Assembly: GCA_903944345.1 (NCBI GenBank)
Contig: CAJARJ010000005.1
Location: 71,890 to 135,889 of the forward strand
DNA length: 64,000 nucleotides
From: Candidatus Omnitrophota bacterium
GTDB taxonomy: Bacteria > Omnitrophota > Gorgyraeia > Zapsychrales > Fredricksoniimonadaceae
Direction: 5' to 3'
Shown here: positions 58,444-64,000 of the stretch, piece by piece
Position numbering within the stretch: position 1 is the stretch's first letter
Layout: each line of letters opens with the position of its first letter
The notes under the pieces: generated by a model
What the model was told of the DNA's origin: nothing
The model's database searches: none
Seen by the model: only the letters and a program-made list of their open reading frames with translations
Made by a program: the position numbers and the translations under genes

Positions 58444-59889
58444 TTAATTATTAATAAAATAATGCGTTAAAAGACGAACCCCTGCACCCGTAGCCCCATG
58501 CCCGAAATACATCCGGCCATCTCCCTCAACAAAAGCAGTTCCGGCGATATCCAGATGCGCCCAGGGAGTATCCCCGACAAACTGACGAAGAAACTCGGCT
58601 CCGGTTATCGTACCGCCGGCGCCCCGCCAGCTGGAAGTATTGCGCAAATCCGCTATCTTGGATTTGATTGCTTCCCGCAACTCCGGATACGAAGGCAGAC
58701 GCCAGATACGGTCATCCGACAGCGCCGCACTTTTCAGAAGCGCCCCGGCCAAAGCATCGTCATTGGAAACAAGTCCCGAATAATCATTACCCAGCGCCAC
58801 CGATACCGCTCCGGTCAGCGTAGCCAGATCAATCAAACGCGCAGGCTTGTACTGCTGGATCACATAGGAAATCACATCAGCCAGAACCAGTCGGCCTTCA
58901 GCGTCCGTGTTGCCGACTTCAACAGTCTTGCCGGAAAAACTTGTGAGTACATCTCCGGGTTTATAAGCGTTGGCGGATATGGCGTTTTCAGCAACACCAC
59001 AGGCAAAAATGATATTTTTCCTTATTCCAAGCTCAAGCACCGTCTTGAGCAAACTCAAAACAGTTGCCGCACCGCTCATATCGCAACGCATGGTTTCCAT
59101 ATGCCCGGTAGGTTTAAGATTAAGCCCTCCGGTATCGTAGGTCAGCCCCTTACCGATCACTGCCGTGAAAGCTTCCCCGGGAGCACCTGTATACGAAGCA
59201 ATCAAAACCCTCGGTTTTTTGTTGCTCCCCTGATTGACGGCCAGAAGAAGACCAAAACCCTTTGCTGCCAATTCCTTGCGTCCAAGAATCTCGAGTTTAA
59301 CGTTCTTGTGCCCGGAGGCAATGTCTTTCATGACTTTTTCGAGATAAACGGCGTCAGTAACATCCGCATTCTCGTTAACCAGAGCACGCGCGAAATTAAC
59401 ATTGGCAGCAACTTTCGCAGTTGCGGCATAACCCGGCTGATCCTTGCCCGCGATAAAAATCTTTTTGTGTTCGACGGTGCGATCATCTTTCTTACGGGTA
59501 ACATATTTCTTCCAGGCATAAGTACCAATCAATGCTCCCTCAATAGCGGCTTCAACATTCTCCCTGTTGTCTTCTGGAAGTATCAACTCAACCGTTTCTG
59601 TCCTGGAAAGCGGAGCCGATAAAAGCGCTCGGCGAACCGCAAGCCTCAAACCGGACAAAGAAAGATCCTTCGCTTTGCCAAGGCCGACAAAAAGCACAAT
59701 TTTGCGACCCAAAAGAGCCGGAAACTGCGTTCCCGGAGCCGCCTCAAAAACCCCGGCTTCCAGAAGCTTCTGGAATTCAGCGGAAAGCCTGGCATCCTTG
59801 ACCGGCAATTCCCTGGCCTTGACCTGCTCCATGGTAAGAAAAACAACAAGGGCGTCCTGATCAAATTTATAAGGCCTTACAGTGACCAC
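58444..59889 (-). CDS. pepA: Leucyl aminopeptidase (M17)
   Basis: NTDAEGRL signature. GTG start at 59889 with AAGGAG 6 nt upstream. Confidence 0.85.
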   Translation of the reverse strand: MVTVRPYKFDQDALVVFLTMEQVKARELPVKDARLSAEFQKLLEAGVFEAAPGTQFPALLGRKIVLFVGLGKAKDLSLSGLRLAVRRALLSAPLSRTETVELILPEDNRENVEAAIEGALIGTYAWKKYVTRKKDDRTVEHKKIFIAGKDQPGYAATAKVAANVNFARALVNENADVTDAVYLEKVMKDIASGHKNVKLEILGRKELAAKGFGLLLAVNQGSNKKPRVLIASYTGAPGEAFTAVIGKGLTYDTGGLNLKPTGHMETMRCDMSGAATVLSLLKTVLELGIRKNIIFACGVAENAISANAYKPGDVLTSFSGKTVEVGNTDAEGRLVLADVISYVIQQYKPARLIDLATLTGAVSVALGNDYSGLVSNDDALAGALLKSAALSDDRIWRLPSYPELREAIKSKIADLRNTSSWRGAGGTITGAEFLRQFVGDTPWAHLDIAGTAFVEGDGRMYFGHGATGAGVRLLTHYFINN

Positions 59890-59913
59890 ACAAAACTCCT
59901 TCGATAAATACGG

Positions 59914-61212
59914 TTAACGACGAATAATCGGTACGTAATCACGTTTTCTGGATCCGGTATAAATCTGCCGGGGCCGGCCTATTCTGGCCGAAGGACTTTC
60001 CATCATCTCTTTCCAGTGAGCGATCCATCCAGGCAGTCGACCGATAGCAAACATCACGGTAAACATGCGCATAGGAATGCCGATTGCCTTGTAAATAATC
60101 CCGCTGTAAAAATCGACATTAGGATAAAGGTTCCTCTCGATGAAATACGGGTCATTAAGAACTTTTTCTTCCATCTTGACCGCGATCTCGAGAAGCGGGT
60201 CATTAATCCCCAGCTTGTTTAACAAATCATGTGCGGAAGCCTTGATGATTTTAGCGCGGGGGTCATAACTCTTGTACACTCTGTGCCCAAAGCCCATAAG
60301 ACGAACACGGTTAGATTTGTCCTTGGCCAGACTGATATGTTTATCAACATCCCCGCCGTCTTTATGTATCATCTCGAGCATCTCGATGACCGCTTCATTT
60401 GCGCCTCCGTGCAACGGCCCCCAGAGCGCACAGATTCCTGCGGTAATGGAAGCATAAAGATTCGCCCAGGAACTGCCAACCAGACGCACCGAGGACGTCG
60501 AACAGTTCTGTTCATGATCCGCATGAAGGATCAGGAGCACCTTGAGCGCCTGAACAACTTCGTCATAAATCTTGTATGATCTGGTCGGAGAAGAAAACAT
60601 CATGTTAAGGAAATTAGGAATGTATTCCAGATCCTGCCGGGGATAAACAAACGGCTCGCCTATGGATTTCTTGTAGGCAAAAGCGGAAATTGTCCTGACC
60701 TTGGAAATAAGCATAGCCACAATACGGTCAAAGTCTTCCTTGACGGGATTAAGCATATCTATACCCGGGTAATAAGCCGACAACGAACAGACCATCGAAG
60801 CCAGAATAGCCATAGGATGCGCCGAAGAAGGGAAACCATTGAACAGATTCTTCATATCCTCATGCAGCATGGAATGCTCGCCCAGAAGATCGGAGAAATC
60901 ACCCAACTGGGCAGGAGTTGGCAATTCTCCGTGAATAAGCAGATACGATGTTTCAACGAATGAAGACGACTCTCCCAATTGCTCAATAGGATAACCACGA
61001 TAACGTAAAATGCCGGCTTCACCATCCAGATAAGTAATCGCGCTTTCGCAATTCGAGGTATTACCGAAACCATGATCAAACGTGACATAATTGCTGATAG
61101 ACCGCAGGGTTGAAATATCAATACCCTTTTCTCCCTCGGTGCCGATCACGATCGGAAGTTCGTAGGTATTGCCATCCAGGATGACTTTGGCCGTTTGCGA
61201 CATTTGATCCAT
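59914..61212 (-). CDS. gltA: Citrate synthase
   Basis: GFGHRVYKSYDPRA signature. AAGGAG ribosome-binding site. Confidence 0.9.
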   Translation of the reverse strand: MDQMSQTAKVILDGNTYELPIVIGTEGEKGIDISTLRSISNYVTFDHGFGNTSNCESAITYLDGEAGILRYRGYPIEQLGESSSFVETSYLLIHGELPTPAQLGDFSDLLGEHSMLHEDMKNLFNGFPSSAHPMAILASMVCSLSAYYPGIDMLNPVKEDFDRIVAMLISKVRTISAFAYKKSIGEPFVYPRQDLEYIPNFLNMMFSSPTRSYKIYDEVVQALKVLLILHADHEQNCSTSSVRLVGSSWANLYASITAGICALWGPLHGGANEAVIEMLEMIHKDGGDVDKHISLAKDKSNRVRLMGFGHRVYKSYDPRAKIIKASAHDLLNKLGINDPLLEIAVKMEEKVLNDPYFIERNLYPNVDFYSGIIYKAIGIPMRMFTVMFAIGRLPGWIAHWKEMMESPSARIGRPRQIYTGSRKRDYVPIIRR

Positions 61213-61369
61213 TACACTCTCTCCTTTTAACCGGCCCGTTGAGCCTCCGATTATTAATTCCGCTCGCTCTTCAAAACCTGAAATCTGAAGTGATATTATA
61301 ACACACAGTCTGGCAGTTAATCCGAATTTATGAGCGATCCCGAATCAGTCAACCAGACAAAAAATACCG

Positions 61370-62485
61370 TCAGATTTCAGCAGAATGTTCATCACTTCTT
61401 TGGGGCTGTCGCCCAAGATCGCGCGTGACCTTGCCGACTTCCTTGAATATGGCCCTGATCTGCGGAAGAATCCTTATAAAAGTGTCGACAACTTCGGGAT
61501 CGAATGCCGATCCTTTAAGCCGCTTGATCTCCCTGACGGCCTCGTCAAAAGGCCAGGGCTTTTTATAAGGACGCTCGGATGTCAACGCATCAAACACATC
61601 GCAGACAGCCGCAATGCGCCCAACCAGAGGAATCTCCTCCCCCTTCAGTCCGCCGGGGTATCCTTTACCATCCCAACGTTCATGATGATAACGGGCAATC
61701 GATTCAGCCATCTGCAAGAAAGCGGAATCTCCTCCCGAAAGAAGCTGCGCACCAACCTGGGCATGCGTCTTCATGATCTCCCACTCATCGGCAGAAAGCG
61801 GTCCGGGCTTGAGTAATATCCGGTCCGGAATGGCAATCTTGCCAACATCATGCAACGGACTGGTGGTCAAAACAAGATCAACATCCTCCTGGCTCATCCC
61901 CATCGCTGAAGCCAGAACCGCGGCATAACGGCTCATGCGTAAAATATGCTGCCCTGTCTCTGTATCACGATATTCCGCCGCAAACCCCAGACGACGAATA
62001 ACGTCTATCCTACTGTCCCGTAATTCTTTTGTCCTGGCGGCAACAATCTCTTCGAGATCACGATTCTTGTTTTTGATCTCCTGATGCAGAAGCCGCACCT
62101 CAATCAGATTGCGTGAGCGCAGAATAACCTTGGAACGGTCATAGGGCTTGCTCAGGAAATCCTTGGCTCCGGCCGCCAAAGCACGCAGATGGACATGATC
62201 ATCCACATCCGAAGAAATCACCAGGATAGGCAAATAATCGTTAGGATCCTGGGCCTTCAGGCGACGCATCGCCTCAAAGCCGTCAATCCCGGGAAGGTTA
62301 AGATCAAGAATCAGCAAATCCGGACGGTATTGAACATACATATCCGCCAGCTTGTTCGCGTTGGTAATCACGCGCAAATGTTTAAAACCCGAGTCTTTGA
62401 GTATCTCGCGGATCAAACTGGAACTGGTAGGATCATCCTCGACAATAAGTATCCTGGCCTGCAAAATTGAAGACGGGGGAATCAT
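61370..62485 (-). CDS. Response regulator with an HD-GYP c-di-GMP phosphodiesterase domain (RpfG-like)
   Basis: REC domain (ILIVEDDP..., DLNLPGIDG) plus HD (HDVGKIAIP) and GYP (HHERWDGKGYP) motifs. Confidence 0.85.
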   Translation of the reverse strand: MIPPSSILQARILIVEDDPTSSSLIREILKDSGFKHLRVITNANKLADMYVQYRPDLLILDLNLPGIDGFEAMRRLKAQDPNDYLPILVISSDVDDHVHLRALAAGAKDFLSKPYDRSKVILRSRNLIEVRLLHQEIKNKNRDLEEIVAARTKELRDSRIDVIRRLGFAAEYRDTETGQHILRMSRYAAVLASAMGMSQEDVDLVLTTSPLHDVGKIAIPDRILLKPGPLSADEWEIMKTHAQVGAQLLSGGDSAFLQMAESIARYHHERWDGKGYPGGLKGEEIPLVGRIAAVCDVFDALTSERPYKKPWPFDEAVREIKRLKGSAFDPEVVDTFIRILPQIRAIFKEVGKVTRDLGRQPQRSDEHSAEI

Positions 62486-63255
62486 CAGAACTCCATCTTT
62501 TGGGATACTGTTTGGTTAAGAAATACGTAATTTGTTGTATCACAATGAATCGGGGCCACAACTGCGTAGCCGCGCTTGATCAGCCAGGAATCAGAAAGAG
62601 TCTCCTTGCCGGAAGCAGGAGGCCGCCCGGTCATCCAGTAATATGTCCGGCCGGTGGGGTCTTTCCTTACCCGAAATTCGCCATGAATCGGAACACGGCA
62701 CTGTCTGGCCAAACGAATCCCCTTGACCTGGCCGGAGGCCAGATCGGGAACATTCAGATTAAAGAATGTCCCGCCGGGAGTTTCTGTGACGGACAATTTG
62801 CGTAGCACACGAACTCCGATACTTGCAGCCTGAACAAAATTGCGTAAACTCCGGCAATCAAGCGAAACTGCCAGGGAAGGAATCCCCAAAAGAGCCCCCT
62901 CACGGGCGGCGCCGACAGTCCCGGAATAGAAAACACTGCAACCATCATTGGAGCCATGATTGATCCCAGAGACCACCATGTCAGGCCGGCATCCTTTAAA
63001 AAGAACCGCAACAGCAAACTTGACACAGTCCGCCGGAGTTCCGCTTACGGCATGCGCTTTGTTCTTGCCCTGAAAGACAATCTCCCGATGATAAATAGGA
63101 TGTTGCAGGGTAATCGCCTGCGAGATAGAGCTGCGCTCCCCGTCAGGGGCAACTACTGTAACCTTTCCGACTTTGGAAAGAGCCTGGTACATGGCACGAA
63201 GGCCATCGGCATGCACCCCGTCATCGTTGGTAAGCAGAATATGCATTTTTTTCAC
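62485..63255 (-). CDS. surE: 5'/3'-nucleotidase SurE
   Basis: MHILLTNDDGVHADGL.. is the SurE N-terminal metal-binding motif. GTG at 63255 or ATG at 63243. Confidence 0.85.
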   Translation of the reverse strand: MKKMHILLTNDDGVHADGLRAMYQALSKVGKVTVVAPDGERSSISQAITLQHPIYHREIVFQGKNKAHAVSGTPADCVKFAVAVLFKGCRPDMVVSGINHGSNDGCSVFYSGTVGAAREGALLGIPSLAVSLDCRSLRNFVQAASIGVRVLRKLSVTETPGGTFFNLNVPDLASGQVKGIRLARQCRVPIHGEFRVRKDPTGRTYYWMTGRPPASGKETLSDSWLIKRGYAVVAPIHCDTTNYVFLNQTVSQKMEF

Positions 63256-63337
63256 TATACCTGTACTTCCCCTCTTCTGAAACCTATTGGTAATTTACAC
63301 TTTTATCGTCCGGATGGAAAGCTTTTCGATAATCTTT

Positions 63338-64000
63338 TTACCAGGCTTGCCCGGTCATGGCTGACGCTGCTTTTTCAGCCAACCACAATCGCGCAACACC
63401 AAACATAAAATGCTTCCTGGCAGAAACACGAAAACCTGTCTGCTCAAGGATCTGCTCAAAGCGCTGACCATCAGAAAAATGTTCAATCGTTTGAGCCAGA
63501 TAACGATAAGCCTGAGGCTGTCCCGTGAAAAGCCCACCAATAAAGGGAACCAGAAATCTGATATAGAAACGCACTAAAGGATACAGAATGTTACTTTTCC
63601 CTGGCAGAACAAGTTCCAGGACAATCAGCTGTCCGTTTGATTTAAGCACACGATGAGCCCCGGCCAGAACCCGGACATAATTCGGCATATTCCGCAAACC
63701 AAAAGCTACGGTCACAACATCAAAAGACTGATCAGAAAAAGGCAGATTTTGCGCATCTGCCCGGACAAAAGAGATCTGCCGTAAATGTCCGGACCTGTCC
63801 GCTTTTATACGCCCGATATCGAGCATGTGATCACAAAGGTCAATTCCTGTGACCCGACAAGCCGCTGATCGACTTTTCAGCAGAGTCAATGCCATGTCCG
63901 CTGTTCCGCAGGCTATGTCAAGAACCGCCAGGCTTCCGCTTGAAGGCAGCCAGTCCTTGATGCTGTCGCGCCAACGAATATCCTGACCAAAAGAAAGAAC
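63338..64000 (-). CDS. ubiE: Demethylmenaquinone/ubiquinone methyltransferase UbiE/MenG, 5' end beyond the window
   Basis: The SAM-binding motif VLDIACGTAD is encoded at 63900-63960 upstream of the track ORF in the same frame. The frame remains open to the window edge. Confidence 0.75.
   Translation of the reverse strand, partial: VLSFGQDIRWRDSIKDWLPSSGSLAVLDIACGTADMALTLLKSRSAACRVTGIDLCDHMLDIGRIKADRSGHLRQISFVRADAQNLPFSDQSFDVVTVAFGLRNMPNYVRVLAGAHRVLKSNGQLIVLELVLPGKSNILYPLVRFYIRFLVPFIGGLFTGQPQAYRYLAQTIEHFSDGQRFEQILEQTGFRVSARKHFMFGVARLWLAEKAASAMTGQAW

Overview
This is a 64-kb chromosomal window from a Gram-negative, probably anaerobic bacterium, with about 60 genes at high coding density. Most of it is core metabolism. 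It carries a partial pntAB and pntAA, a murein-peptide recycling trio (L-Ala-D/L-Glu epimerase, DUF819 membrane protein, YkfC-like NlpC/P60 peptidase), a complete rseC-like-rnfBCDGEA operon followed by a flavodoxin-like gene, and a secreted M16 peptidase next to an orphan CpaF/TadA-type ATPase. It also carries a GlgA-like GT4 transferase, class Ia ribonucleotide reductase (nrdA, nrdB), queH, mutY, an NAD kinase, aroC, leuCD, acnA, a B12 radical-SAM protein, a ferredoxin, ilvBN, a CoADR-rhodanese-TusA-DsrE fusion, fumC, pepA, gltA, surE and a partial ubiE. Several c-di-GMP and cNMP signalling genes are present: two PilZ proteins, an HD-GYP response regulator and a cNMP-binding patatin phospholipase. 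Embedded at about 21.2-30.4 kb is a visibly AT-richer accessory island. It holds a membrane-anchored KAP-family P-loop NTPase followed by a PIN-domain protein with C-terminal transmembrane helices, which together look like a candidate two-gene conflict or defence module. It also holds a BrnT/BrnA toxin-antitoxin pair, at least four copies of a roughly 105-bp MITE-like element with terminal inverted repeats placed right after gene stops, a CPA-type antiporter, an unknown membrane protein and an arsR-acr3 operon ending in a glutathione-peroxidase homologue instead of arsC. Two paralogous secreted proteins of unknown family sit near 1.4 kb and 30.5 kb. Between the second paralogue and nrdB lies a compact orphan promoter, 29-codon ORF and terminator unit that is a candidate sRNA or micro-protein gene. 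No rRNA, tRNA, CRISPR array, integrase or transposase was found. Note that the ORF track writes TTG and GTG starts as M, so several starts were re-set to the nearest ATG or GTG with a ribosome-binding site.
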